Shown: positions 41,322-50,215, counted from the first letter of the stretch. The stretch: DNA of 64,000 nucleotides from an uncultured Candidatus Saccharibacteria bacterium (GCA_964446535.1 CAYUOR010000002.1:43372-107371); one strand, 5' to 3'. Program-made: numbers and translations. The notes: generated from the letters alone by a model not told the origin.

Positions 41322-41708
41322 ATGGACGTGATATCAAACATGATAATTCAGATAAAGAACGCCGGGCTTGTCGGCCTTGAAGAGGTTAGATTACCTTACT
41401 CGAAGTTTAAACACGCAATTCTCGATGTTTTGAAAAAAGAGGGTTTCATTAAAGCTGTTGGCACTGGCACGAGCAAGGGTAAAAAAACCTTGATCGTTGA
41501 GCTCTTTGTCGAAAATCGTGTGCCGAAAATCAGAGGGGTTGAGCGAATATCAAAGCCATCAAGGCGCATTTATCGTAGATCCGACGAAATACGACCGGTT
41601 AAAAATGGTTACGGCGCGCTCGTGGTCTCAACCTCCAAGGGAGTTATGTCCGGTCGCGAGGCAAAAAAAGAGGGCCTTGGCGGCGAGGCGCTTTTTGCGA
41701 TTTGGTAA
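41322..41708 (+). CDS. rpsH: 30S ribosomal protein uS8
   Basis: ISKPSRRIY, VSTSKGVM, GGE. Confidence 0.95.
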   Translation: MDVISNMIIQIKNAGLVGLEEVRLPYSKFKHAILDVLKKEGFIKAVGTGTSKGKKTLIVELFVENRVPKIRGVERISKPSRRIYRRSDEIRPVKNGYGALVVSTSKGVMSGREAKKEGLGGEALFAIW

Positions 41709-41714
41709 ATTTAT

Positions 41715-42248
41715 ATGTCACGAATAGGTAAAAAAACAATAATGGTGCCGGAAAAGACAGGGGTGGAAGTCTCTGGGGATAAAATTTCTGTGAAAGGACC
41801 ACTGGGCGAACTTTCTCGAACACTTAACCCGGTAATCGAGGTTAAACTCAACGGTCAGGAGCTAATGGTTACCACAAAGAAAGAAACCCCAGAGTCCAAA
41901 GCTCTCTGGGGCACCTATGCCTCGCATATCTCCAATATGATTTCTGGCGTCAACAAAGCTTTTGCCAAAACACTTATTCTTGAAGGTATCGGCTTCAAAT
42001 CTGAAGTTAAGGGTGACAAAATTGTTTTAGCTCTCGGTTTTTCCCATCCTGTTAGTGTAGATATTCCGAAAACACTCAAGGTAACTGCGGAAAAGAATGT
42101 TATCAACATTTCCGGCTCGGATAAGGAGGAGGTCGGTCTTTTCGCCGCCAAACTGCGCGCGCTCAAGAAACCAGAACCGTACAAGGGTAAAGGCATGCGC
42201 TATTCCGATGAGACAATAAGAAGGAAACAGGGCAAAAAGTCCGTCTAA
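41715..42248 (+). CDS. rplF: 50S ribosomal protein uL6
   Basis: MSRIGK, LGFSHP, PEPYKGKG. Confidence 0.96.
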   Translation: MSRIGKKTIMVPEKTGVEVSGDKISVKGPLGELSRTLNPVIEVKLNGQELMVTTKKETPESKALWGTYASHISNMISGVNKAFAKTLILEGIGFKSEVKGDKIVLALGFSHPVSVDIPKTLKVTAEKNVINISGSDKEEVGLFAAKLRALKKPEPYKGKGMRYSDETIRRKQGKKSV

Positions 42249-42253
42249 ATTTT

Positions 42254-42559
42254 ATGACAAGCGCTCGCGACAGAAAAAGAAAGAAAATAAGATCCAAGGT
42301 TTCCGGCACCGCAGACCGACCACGCCTCTCTGTGTTTAAATCAAATACTGCACTCTTTGTCCAGCTTATTGACGACGAAAAAGCGGTAACACTCGCTGCG
42401 GTTCGCGGAGCTGATCCCACAAAGGTCGGTGCCAATATCGCAAAGCTTGCTCAAACGAAGAAAATAAAGAAAGTTGTCTTTGATCGAGGGGGCTACATAT
42501 ATACCGGCAAGATTGCCAAACTTGCCGAGGCAGCCCGCGGTGCAGGACTTGAATTTTAA
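42254..42559 (+). CDS. rplR: 50S ribosomal protein uL18 (short)
   Basis: RPRLSVFKSN, VFDRGGY.Y.G, AR.AGLEF. Confidence 0.95.
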   Translation: MTSARDRKRKKIRSKVSGTADRPRLSVFKSNTALFVQLIDDEKAVTLAAVRGADPTKVGANIAKLAQTKKIKKVVFDRGGYIYTGKIAKLAEAARGAGLEF

Positions 42560-42563
42560 AACC

Positions 42564-43163
42564 ATGAGCGAAGAAACAAATAAAACAAATATTACTCCCA
42601 CCCCCGAAGCTGTTCCTGAGGCGGTAACGGAGACGGCTGCAAAGCCGAGAGACAGGGGAGAAAGAAACAGGAGACAACACCGAGCTCCTCGTCGTCGAGA
42701 CAGCGCTCGTACTAAGCCCGAGTTTGATCAGAAGATTATTAGCATGCGTCGAGTCGCTCGTGTTATGGCTGGCGGTAGACGATTTAATTTCTCTGTGGCG
42801 GTTGTAGCCGGTAACCGCAAAGGCAGGGTGGGCGTCGGTCAGGGCAAGGCCTCTGACACCCCTCTTGCCATAGATAAGGCCTTCCGCGATGCGAAGAAGA
42901 ATATGATTACGGTCAACACTACCAAAAATATGTCTATCCCGCACGATGTGGAAACAAAATTTGCCGCCTCCCACGTTAAAATTATGCCCGCCAGAGGCAA
43001 GGGTATTTTGGCGGGAAGTTCAGTGCGAACTGTTCTGGAACTTGCCGGATTGCGTGAAGTGGGAGCAAAGCTTTTCTCCAGATCAAAAAACACAACCAAT
43101 AATGCCAAAGCCGCCGTCAAAGCCCTCAAGATGCTTGAAACTACCAAGATAAGAAACAAATAA
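42564..43163 (+). CDS. rpsE: 30S ribosomal protein uS5
   Basis: RV.RV.AGGRRF.F, G.VG.G.GKA; ATG at 42564; no rpmD follows. Confidence 0.95.
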   Translation: MSEETNKTNITPTPEAVPEAVTETAAKPRDRGERNRRQHRAPRRRDSARTKPEFDQKIISMRRVARVMAGGRRFNFSVAVVAGNRKGRVGVGQGKASDTPLAIDKAFRDAKKNMITVNTTKNMSIPHDVETKFAASHVKIMPARGKGILAGSSVRTVLELAGLREVGAKLFSRSKNTTNNAKAAVKALKMLETTKIRNK

Positions 43164-43168
43164 GACCA

Positions 43169-43453
43169 ATGCAACTTCACAACCTTCAGTCAAGAACAAA
43201 AAGAATTCGCTCACGACAGGTTGGTCGGGGTGGACGACGCGGAAAAACTTCTGGGCGCGGCACCAAGGGTCAAAACGCTCGTGCCGGAAGGAAGAAACGC
43301 CCTGAGATAAGGGATATAATTAAACGTATCCCGAAATTACGTGGTCGGGGTAAATCGGCCCTCAAATCCAGACGCCAGAAGCTTAAGGGAGCCGAACTTA
43401 AAGCCCATCTTGCTAAAAAGAAAACTCTAAGAAAGAAGTCGTCGGAAAAATAA
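43169..43453 (+). CDS. rplO: 50S ribosomal protein uL15, C-terminally truncated (94 aa)
   Basis: VGRGG..GKTSGRG.KGQ.ARAG, R.PKLRG; position before secY. Confidence 0.88.
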   Translation: MQLHNLQSRTKRIRSRQVGRGGRRGKTSGRGTKGQNARAGRKKRPEIRDIIKRIPKLRGRGKSALKSRRQKLKGAELKAHLAKKKTLRKKSSEK

Positions 43454-43454
43454 A

Positions 43455-44726
43455 ATGTCTAAACTCGTCGAGAAACTCAAACTCATTTTCGGAGACGAGT
43501 CGCTTCGAAAGCGAATTGTTTTTATTCTGGCAATTCTCGCGCTCTCACGCCTTTTTGCCATCATCCCGATTCCCGGTGTTGATGCTAGTCGCTTGGAAAG
43601 CCTGCTTTCTTCAAGCGAATTTCTTAACCTTTTGAATCTTTTTTCCGGCGGCGGTCTGACAAATCTTTCTGTTGTAATGCTTGGTGTCGGCCCCTATATT
43701 ACCGCCTCGATTATCATGCAGCTCCTGACCGTCATGGTGCCGAAGCTTAAGGCGCTCTACCAGGAAGAGGGCGATGCAGGTCGCCGAAAGTTTACCCAGT
43801 ATTCACGCCTCTTAACGGTTCCTCTGGCAGCCATCCAGGGTTACGCGTTTATAAAACTTCTTCAGAGTCAGGCAGTCTTGCCGCCACTTGCCCTCAACAC
43901 TCTTATCATAGATATTTTGGTTATCATTGCCGGCTCCATGCTTCTTATGTGGCTCGGTGAACTTATTACCGAATTCGGCATAGGAAACGGTGTTTCTCTT
44001 ATCATCTTTGCCGGCATCGTTGCGCAGTTACCGGCGATTTTTGGTCAAATAAGTTTTACATTTAACCCCGCCGATCTGCCGGTCTATCTAATCGGCCTAG
44101 CGGTGGCTCTGGCTGTAATCTTTGGCGTCGTAATAGTGACGGAGGCAGAACGACCCATTCCCATAACCTATGCCAAACAGGTTCGCGGTGAGCGCACCTA
44201 CGGCGGCGTTTCAACATACCTGCCCCTCCGACTGAATCAAGCGGGTGTGATTCCGATAATTTTCGCACTCTCAATCCTGATTTTCCCGCAAATGATTTTC
44301 CAGTTTCTTAGTCAGTCCAGTATTGCCTTAGTCGCGAGTGTCTCCACCTTCCTTCTTTCACTGCTTGCCAATATCTGGTTCTACACCTCGGCCTACTTTG
44401 TCCTGGTCTTTGCTTTTACCTATTTCTACACCGCCGTAACATTTGATCCAGATTCCGTCGCAACCAATCTGCAGAAATCGGGCGCTTTTGTTGCCGGTGT
44501 TCGACCCGGCACCGCCACCGCCGAATACATAGGCAAAATTTTGACCCGCCTGACCCTGGTCGGCGCCCTCTTCTTGTCTTTCATTGCTGTTCTGCCGCTT
44601 CTTATGAGATCTCTGACCGGTATCCAGTCTCTTGCCATCGGCGGTACGGCGCTCCTCATCGTTGTTTCGGTGGTGCTTGACCTTGTTAAAAAGATAAATG
44701 CGCAAGTTTCTGTGCGCGAATACTAA
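43455..44726 (+). CDS. secY: Preprotein translocase SecY
   Basis: LGVGPYITASII.QLL, GIGNGVSLIIFAG, AGVIPIIFA, GVRPG, GGT.LLI.V. Confidence 0.97.
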   Translation: MSKLVEKLKLIFGDESLRKRIVFILAILALSRLFAIIPIPGVDASRLESLLSSSEFLNLLNLFSGGGLTNLSVVMLGVGPYITASIIMQLLTVMVPKLKALYQEEGDAGRRKFTQYSRLLTVPLAAIQGYAFIKLLQSQAVLPPLALNTLIIDILVIIAGSMLLMWLGELITEFGIGNGVSLIIFAGIVAQLPAIFGQISFTFNPADLPVYLIGLAVALAVIFGVVIVTEAERPIPITYAKQVRGERTYGGVSTYLPLRLNQAGVIPIIFALSILIFPQMIFQFLSQSSIALVASVSTFLLSLLANIWFYTSAYFVLVFAFTYFYTAVTFDPDSVATNLQKSGAFVAGVRPGTATAEYIGKILTRLTLVGALFLSFIAVLPLLMRSLTGIQSLAIGGTALLIVVSVVLDLVKKINAQVSVREY

Positions 44727-44728
44727 CA

Positions 44729-45322
44729 ATGCTTGAGACAGCAATATTTGTCGGTCGTTCCGGCTGTGGGAAGGGGACTCAGGCGGCGCTTCTCATGGAT
44801 AAAATCAAAGAACGAGATTCCGAACACCAAATTCTCTACGTCGAGACGGGAGACCACTACAGGAGTTTCGTGCGAGGCAAGAATCTCTCCTCGCGCTTAG
44901 CAAACGACATCTACGAGCACGACGACCTGGCTCCGGTTTTTCTCGGCTGTTGGCTTTGGAGCAACGTGCTTATCAATGAGCTGGAGGAGGGGATGCACTT
45001 GATTTTCGACGGCACTTCACGCGCCCTGCTTGAAGCTGAAGTTCTTGCCACCGCTCTCAAGTTTTATAAACGCGAGAAGCCGGCGGTTATTTATATAGAT
45101 GTATCAAACAAGTGGTCAGACGACAGACTACTTGCTCGTGGTAGAGCCGACGACCGCTCTCTTTCAAAGATCAATAAACGTCTTAAGTGGTTTGAGACCG
45201 ACGTTCTTCCGGCCATAGAGTATTTCAAAAAAAATCCGTATTTTCACTTTATCCAGGTTAACGGCGAACAACCCATAGAGAAAGTTCATGCCGATATAAT
45301 GGCCGAGTATGATAAGGCTTAA
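44729..45322 (+). CDS. adk: Adenylate kinase-family NMP kinase
   Basis: GRSGCGKGTQA P-loop, FDG..R, RGRADD; position after secY. Confidence 0.8.
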   Translation: MLETAIFVGRSGCGKGTQAALLMDKIKERDSEHQILYVETGDHYRSFVRGKNLSSRLANDIYEHDDLAPVFLGCWLWSNVLINELEEGMHLIFDGTSRALLEAEVLATALKFYKREKPAVIYIDVSNKWSDDRLLARGRADDRSLSKINKRLKWFETDVLPAIEYFKKNPYFHFIQVNGEQPIEKVHADIMAEYDKA

Positions 45323-46076
45323 AACTCCCGAGGACATAGCTATTCTCCGCGAGGGCGGTAAGAGGCATGCCAAAATTCTTAAAGAGCTTGCCAAACTGGT
45401 AAAACCGGGAATTTCCACCGCCCTTCTTGAAGATGAGGCGCTTCGTATGATTAAGGCAAACGGAGATGAACCAGCTTTCATGGGCTACAGACCAGCGGGA
45501 GCGCGGAGGAAGTTTCCCGCTTCACTCTGTGTTTCCATAAATGACGAAATCGTCCACGGTATTCCGAACGAGGGTGAAAAAATTCTGAAAGAGGGCGACA
45601 TCGTCGGCCTGGATCTTGGCATCATACACAGAGGTCTCATCACCGACTCGGCTATCACCGTGCCCGTGGGGAATGTTGATGAGGTTTCAAAAAAACTTAT
45701 TAACACAACACGAATGGCTCTAGAGGCGGGTATTAAAGCGGCTCGACTCGGTGCCAATATAGGCGATATCGGTGCCGCCATCAGCGCCGTTGTCGACAAA
45801 ACAAGTTTTTCAATCGCCGACGACCTGGTCGGGCACGGTGTTGGCTTCGAAGTTCATGAAGATCCTTATGTGCCAAACTTCGGTACCAAGGGCTCGGGAG
45901 AAAAACTTGTCTCGGGTATGGTCTTAGCTCTTGAGCCAATGGTAAATGTCGGAACCTCAAAGATAAAATTGCTCCCCGACGGTTACACCATCAAGACTCG
46001 CGACGGCTCGAAGAGCGCCCACTTCGAACACTCCATTGCAATTACGGAAAAAGGTACAATAATACTAACCGAATGA
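45309..46076 (+). CDS. map: Methionine aminopeptidase type I
   Basis: VSINDEIVHGIP, GHGVG..VHEDP, ALEPM, SAHFEH. Confidence 0.96.
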   Translation: MIRLKTPEDIAILREGGKRHAKILKELAKLVKPGISTALLEDEALRMIKANGDEPAFMGYRPAGARRKFPASLCVSINDEIVHGIPNEGEKILKEGDIVGLDLGIIHRGLITDSAITVPVGNVDEVSKKLINTTRMALEAGIKAARLGANIGDIGAAISAVVDKTSFSIADDLVGHGVGFEVHEDPYVPNFGTKGSGEKLVSGMVLALEPMVNVGTSKIKLLPDGYTIKTRDGSKSAHFEHSIAITEKGTIILTE

Positions 46077-46594
46077 CAGAGAAACATCCGAAACACGAAA
46101 AAACATTTGTTGCGATAAAACCCGACGGTGTTCAGAGGGTTCTCGTTGGAGAAATTATTGGCCGTCTCGAACGCGTTGGGCTAAAGCTGGTTGCTCTTAA
46201 GATGCTGGTAGCCGAACCGAAGAAAATTGAAAAACATTATGAACTTCTTGACGATAAAATAAGACGCCATCTTGTCAAATATATGACAAGCGGGCCGATA
46301 ATAGCCATGGTTTGGCAGGGCGCGAATGCTGTCAAGCTCGTAAGAAAAATTGTTGGCTCGACGGAACCCCTAACTTCGGATGTTGGCACCATTAGGGGAG
46401 ATTTTGTTTTGGACTCATACGACCTTTCGGACTCTGATGGTCGCGCAGTGAGAAACCTAATTCATGCCTCGGGTAATACGGAAGAGGCGGCAAAGGAAAT
46501 TGACCTCTGGTTTAGCTCTAAGGAGCTTGTGAATTATCGTCTAGTTACGGAAGAGATACTTTATGACGTTAATTTAGACGGTCTTTTGGAATAA
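46073..46594 (+). CDS. ndk: Nucleoside diphosphate kinase
   Basis: IKPDGVQR, MTSGP, GTIRGDF, NLIHAS. Confidence 0.94.
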   Translation: MTEKHPKHEKTFVAIKPDGVQRVLVGEIIGRLERVGLKLVALKMLVAEPKKIEKHYELLDDKIRRHLVKYMTSGPIIAMVWQGANAVKLVRKIVGSTEPLTSDVGTIRGDFVLDSYDLSDSDGRAVRNLIHASGNTEEAAKEIDLWFSSKELVNYRLVTEEILYDVNLDGLLE

Positions 46595-46640
46595 TTAACA
46601 TAAGGATTGCGTTTCTCTTGGTGGCTCGTGCTATAATGTT

Positions 46641-46766
46641 GTTAGGGTTATTTGAGGTATTATCTAGCTAAAACATTTTAAGGGAGTCTTCATAGTCACA
46701 CTCCTTGGAGCGAGACTGCGGACACCCACCTAGTCTTTAAACTAGGGTATACCAAAATAACCCTAC
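46641..46766 (+). ncRNA. ssrS: 6S RNA-like (compact)
   Basis: TGCTATAAT promoter; closing stem TAGGGTTATTT/AAATAACCCTA; AACATTTT..GGGAG and GACACCCACCT motifs as in Firmicutes-type 6S; terminator 46773-46797. Confidence 0.72.
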
Positions 46767-46811
46767 AAAAGTTCTCCGTCGGTAGCGGAGATTTTTTGTT
46801 AGAATAGACGA

Positions 46812-47213
46812 ATGAAGTCAGACACCCTCTTATTCTTCTGTCTAGCCGCCTTTGTCGTCGTCGGGCTTCTGCACATAGCGGCAGAATTTTTTTATTTTTA
46901 CTGGACTGTTTTCTGGTTTGATATCATGATGCATTTTCTCGGTGGTATTGCTGTTGCCTTAGCGACCCTTTGGGCTGTCGTTCGCCTAAATTTTTTAAAA
47001 AATTATGGAAATCCAATCTTAACAACATTCTTCACAACCCTCACGGCGGTTCTGGTTGTTTCTTTTTTCTGGGAAGTGCTGGAGCACTTGACCGGCACAG
47101 CCAAAGCGCTTGAGGGCTACGTTTTCGATACCACTATGGACACGAGCGCGGCGCTTCTCGGGGCAGCTCTCACCTCGAGCCTAGTTTCGCGAAGAATCTT
47201 TCAAGCTGGTTAA
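46812..47213 (+). CDS. 4-TM membrane protein (H..GG / WE..E / DT..D family)
   Basis: WFDIMMHFLGG, WEVLE, DTTMD. Confidence 0.75.
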   Translation: MKSDTLLFFCLAAFVVVGLLHIAAEFFYFYWTVFWFDIMMHFLGGIAVALATLWAVVRLNFLKNYGNPILTTFFTTLTAVLVVSFFWEVLEHLTGTAKALEGYVFDTTMDTSAALLGAALTSSLVSRRIFQAG

Positions 47214-47540
47214 AAGAGATTTAAAAACTTCTGGATTTTTTCCAGCTATTTCAGAAAGAATTTTCCTGTCGAGATTAATTTTACTCTTTTTGAGTAACGG
47301 AATAAATTTTGAATAGGATAGACCGTTTTCGCGCAAAGCGGCGGAAAGACGAACATTCCAAAGTCTGCGGAAATCTCCCTTTTTGTCGCGCCTATGGGCG
47401 AAGGCATAGGAACCAGCGTGAAAAATCGCTTCGTTGGCCTGGCGTTCTTTTTTCGATCGGCCGAAGCGGTATCCTTTAACCTTACTTAAAATGTTTCGTC
47501 TGGTTTTTAGAGCATTTACTCCCTTCTTGACTCTGGTCAT
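47181..47540 (-). CDS. rplT: 50S ribosomal protein bL20
   Basis: MTRVKKG, KGYR, FRRLW..R, LSYSKF, LDRKIL. Confidence 0.96.
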   Translation of the reverse strand: MTRVKKGVNALKTRRNILSKVKGYRFGRSKKERQANEAIFHAGSYAFAHRRDKKGDFRRLWNVRLSAALRENGLSYSKFIPLLKKSKINLDRKILSEIAGKNPEVFKSLLTSLKDSSRN

Positions 47541-47544
47541 GGTT

Positions 47545-47736
47545 TTAGAGGTTAACTAAGTAGCGACTCCTAAGCTTCTTACTCATATGGAACTCCATCC
47601 CGCGCTTTTTGGCTGACTTGCTCCCTCGACGCTCCTTGGCGTTAAAGTGGTTTTGGCCGGCTTTGCGCGACAAGAGCTTGCCCCCCTTCGAGAGTTTAAG
47701 TCGCTTGGTATAAGACTTATTTGTCTTCATAGCCAT
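47545..47736 (-). CDS. rpmI: 50S ribosomal protein bL35
   Basis: MKTNKS..KR; between infC and rplT. Confidence 0.9.
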   Translation of the reverse strand: MAMKTNKSYTKRLKLSKGGKLLSRKAGQNHFNAKERRGSKSAKKRGMEFHMSKKLRSRYLVNL

Positions 47737-47799
47737 ATTAAGTCATACATTCTACCTAATTTTCTCAATATGTCTAGCCTACTAGGAGAGACAGAGCCT

Positions 47800-48303
47800 T
47801 TAAGCCCGCTCTATTATTATAGTGAGTCCCTTGGGGCTCTTTTTCACTGAATCGGCAACCTTGTAGTCAACCGAGACGAATTTAAGCATGCGCTCCAGAC
47901 GTTCCGAAAGAAATTTCTCATCCATATATTTTGCACGACCGGGCAGAAATAAGTTAACCCTCACTCGGTGTCCCTGGGCGAGCCACTCGCTTGTCTTTTT
48001 AGCTTTAAGCTCCAGATCGTGATTCCCCGTACCGACTTTCACCTGTATCGTCTTTACCTCGGCGGAGTGTGCGCGTTTAGCAAGTTTTCCTTTCTTATTC
48101 TCTTCGTATAAAAAGCGACCGATGTCGGCAATTTTTGCCACGGGCGGTACAGCATTCGGAGAAATTTCGATCAAATCGAGTCCGAAACCTTGCGCCTTCT
48201 TAAGCGCATCCTCGAGGGTGAGAATGCCGAAGTTTTCCCCCTTGGGGCCGATAACGCGAAGTTTAGGAGTCCTTATCTCTAAATTAGTGCGGAGCTGTTG
48301 CAA
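47800..48303 (-). CDS. infC: Translation initiation factor IF-3, non-AUG start (TTG 48303 or ATC 48312)
   Basis: N.EI, LDLIEISPNA.PPVAKI.D, HDLE.K; TATAAT at 48333-48328 lies inside the longer track ORF, with no in-frame ATG near the conserved N-terminus. Confidence 0.92.
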   Translation of the reverse strand: MQQLRTNLEIRTPKLRVIGPKGENFGILTLEDALKKAQGFGLDLIEISPNAVPPVAKIADIGRFLYEENKKGKLAKRAHSAEVKTIQVKVGTGNHDLELKAKKTSEWLAQGHRVRVNLFLPGRAKYMDEKFLSERLERMLKFVSVDYKVADSVKKSPKGLTIIIERA

Positions 48304-48383
48304 TGTCTTGATCTGCTTGTCCCTAGGATTATACACCAGGGCAGTGTCTCTTGCTAGCCTGACCCTTTGATATAATAGAAAAC

Positions 48384-48839
48384 ATGGAATACAGACATAA
48401 TCCTCCAACTTTAGCGGAGCTGCGTTCTCTAAAGCAGTCGGTTCGCCAGCCGCATATGGAGGCGCGACAGAGCTTCTCGTCCATTGAGAAGTTTGCCCTG
48501 AAGATGACCCATGCCATAGGCTCTATGGGATTCTTTTTTCTCTTGACCTTCTGGACTCTGAGTTGGGTTGCTTGGAACCTTTGGGGGCCGTCTCATATGC
48601 GTTTTGACCCGGGACCGGCATTTTTCGTCTGGCTTTTCGTATCGAATATTTTACAGCTCATACTTCTGCCACTTATCTTAGTCGGGCAAAACCTAGAGGG
48701 TAAATACGCTGAACATCGCGCCCAAGCCGATTTCGAAATAAATAAGAAAGCCGAGCACGAGATAGAGGTAATTATCGCGCATCTTGAGAATCAGAACGAA
48801 CTTCTTCTGGAGCTCGCAAAAAAAATTGAAAGAAAATAG
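48384..48839 (+). CDS. DUF1003-like membrane protein
   Basis: GSM.FF...W..WN, FDP.P, PLILVGQN, A..DFEIN.KAE.E. Confidence 0.8.
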   Translation: MEYRHNPPTLAELRSLKQSVRQPHMEARQSFSSIEKFALKMTHAIGSMGFFFLLTFWTLSWVAWNLWGPSHMRFDPGPAFFVWLFVSNILQLILLPLILVGQNLEGKYAEHRAQADFEINKKAEHEIEVIIAHLENQNELLLELAKKIERK

Positions 48840-48870
48840 ACAGCTCTGGCTCTCCGTGCTAGGATGGCCC

Positions 48871-49000
48871 GAGTGGGCGAGCGTGAGCAACTCCCTTCCC
48901 TGTACCCCTACTGTGGTTTCGACGGTCGCCATGACCCGAATCATAGGGCTCACGCCTCGCCCACGCCACTCCACCCCGATGTAAAATATCGGGGTTTTTT
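48871..49000 (+). ncRNA. Unassigned ~130-nt structured RNA
   Basis: TGCTAGGAT promoter 48857-48865; 16-bp closing stem 48873-48888/48948-48964; terminator CCCCGAT..ATCGGGG-TTTTTT. Confidence 0.62.
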
Positions 49001-49068
49001 ATTTTAAATAAAAAAACCACGTCGGCATCGGGGATGCTTATCCGACGTGGTGGGGCCCTAGTCACCCC

Positions 49069-49266
49069 TCAGGCGGACTCAACCCAAAGGAGTAAGGTTC
49101 GTCCGCCGATGACCAGGACCCAAGTAGCTCCGACAAAAAGGCGGAAAATCGGCGAAAGCGAATCAACGAACGAAGTGAGCACGTCCCTTCTGTTAAAAAC
49201 GGAAGCCGCCATCGGCGCAATGAAGATAAGGACGTAGAAATTCGCCTTAATAAACGTCCAGATCAT
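49069..49266 (-). CDS. Small 2-TM orphan protein (65 aa)
   Basis: GGGAG SD before ATG, TGATAGGGT -10-like element, hairpin downstream. Confidence 0.6.
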   Translation of the reverse strand: MIWTFIKANFYVLIFIAPMAASVFNRRDVLTSFVDSLSPIFRLFVGATWVLVIGGRTLLLWVESA

Positions 49267-49400
49267 TGATATTCTCCCGTTCGCCACAAGGAATCAACCT
49301 GTTTCCACCCTATCACAATATTTAAAAAGTCGCCTAGTCCGTTGTCGGACTAGGCGCACTAAGACGGCTCGTTGTGTTGAGAAACAAACATAGTAGTTTC

Positions 49401-49679
49401 CTACTGTCTTCCTCCTGTTTGCATTGCCCGTCGAACGGCCTCGCGCGAAACCTCTTTACAATTCTCTGGCGCTCTCGAAATTCGACTGCCGATCACCTGA
49501 TCACAGACCTTGACCATTTCTTTTGCTCTTCTTTTCTCCTCTTCTTTCCGAAGTTTGATGCATGTCTGGTCGAGATAGACGTTCTGACAATAGGCACTTA
49601 GGGCATTACCACCTGAAACACATCCGTAAACCCCCAAGGCCAACAAAATGACGAAAAACCAGGGGGCGAGCGTGGGCAC
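49401..49679 (-). CDS. Small orphan protein with N-terminal TM/signal and Cys residues (92 aa)
   Basis: AAGGAG SD before GTG; terminator at ~49325-49358. Confidence 0.62.
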   Translation of the reverse strand: MPTLAPWFFVILLALGVYGCVSGGNALSAYCQNVYLDQTCIKLRKEEEKRRAKEMVKVCDQVIGSRISRAPENCKEVSREAVRRAMQTGGRQ

Positions 49680-49750
49680 GTTACTCTCCTTTTTCCAAAA
49701 ATCTTCCTTATAAACAATATCATATAAAAAGAAAACCGCCCGAAGTTACT

Positions 49751-49939
49751 TCACGACTCGGGCGGCAACTCAATTTTGAAGGTTTCGTGCCACTTGAGGT
49801 GGGCTTCCATACTGCCTAGAATGTTTTTCCCGCAGGTTTTGCACGGTCCGTTGCAGCAGGCACGGACGTGATACATGCGCTGATTCATGTGGCATCGGCA
49901 GAAACACTCCGACCATACAGGCAATTTAAGGTTCTTCAC
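49751..49939 (-). CDS. Small Cys/His-rich orphan protein (62 aa)
   Basis: AGGAGG SD before GTG; CxCxCH..H..CC and CxxC-x10-HxxxH. Confidence 0.62.
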   Translation of the reverse strand: MKNLKLPVWSECFCRCHMNQRMYHVRACCNGPCKTCGKNILGSMEAHLKWHETFKIELPPES

Positions 49940-50040
49940 ACTTCCTCCTACAGAGGGATAACCACCCTAACCATAACACTATTGAATTCATAAAAACAAA
50001 TCCCCATTAATTAATATTTTTTATGATAAAATAATTCGAA

Positions 50041-50175
50041 ATGAAAAAGATCGTTAGATTTATTGCGTCGCGCTGGCCGTGGTTTAACCGCATGATCTAC
50101 CGACCGTACAGAGGTGCCCAGAGGGGATACTGGTACAGACTGCCTTGGAACAGAACCGAAGGTTACCCCGCCTAG
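50041..50175 (+). CDS. 44-aa Arg/Trp/Tyr-rich peptide (not in ORF track)
   Basis: MKKIVRFIASRWPWFNRMIYRPYRGAQRGYWYRLPWNRTEGYPA*; -10-like element upstream; terminator 50190-50215. Confidence 0.5.
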   Translation: MKKIVRFIASRWPWFNRMIYRPYRGAQRGYWYRLPWNRTEGYPA

Positions 50176-50189
50176 ACCCTCTCAATAAA

Positions 50190-50215
50190 AAACCCCCGTC
50201 GAGAGACGGGGGTTT
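50190..50215. terminator. Bidirectional terminator
   Basis: AAACCCCCGTC-GAGA-GACGGGGGTTT between convergent small ORFs. Confidence 0.75.

Noticed and set aside
47800-48408. 202-aa IF-3 with a long N-terminal extension (likewise 237-aa SmpB and the extended rpsC, rpsE, rpsN, rplL)
   Set aside because: The extensions cross promoters or neighbouring genes; downstream starts match family lengths.
48871-49000. Identity as SRP 4.5S RNA, or the overlapping 66-93-aa ORFs
   Set aside because: It lacks the CAGG-GNRA-AGCA motif; the ORFs lack start signals and overlap on both strands.
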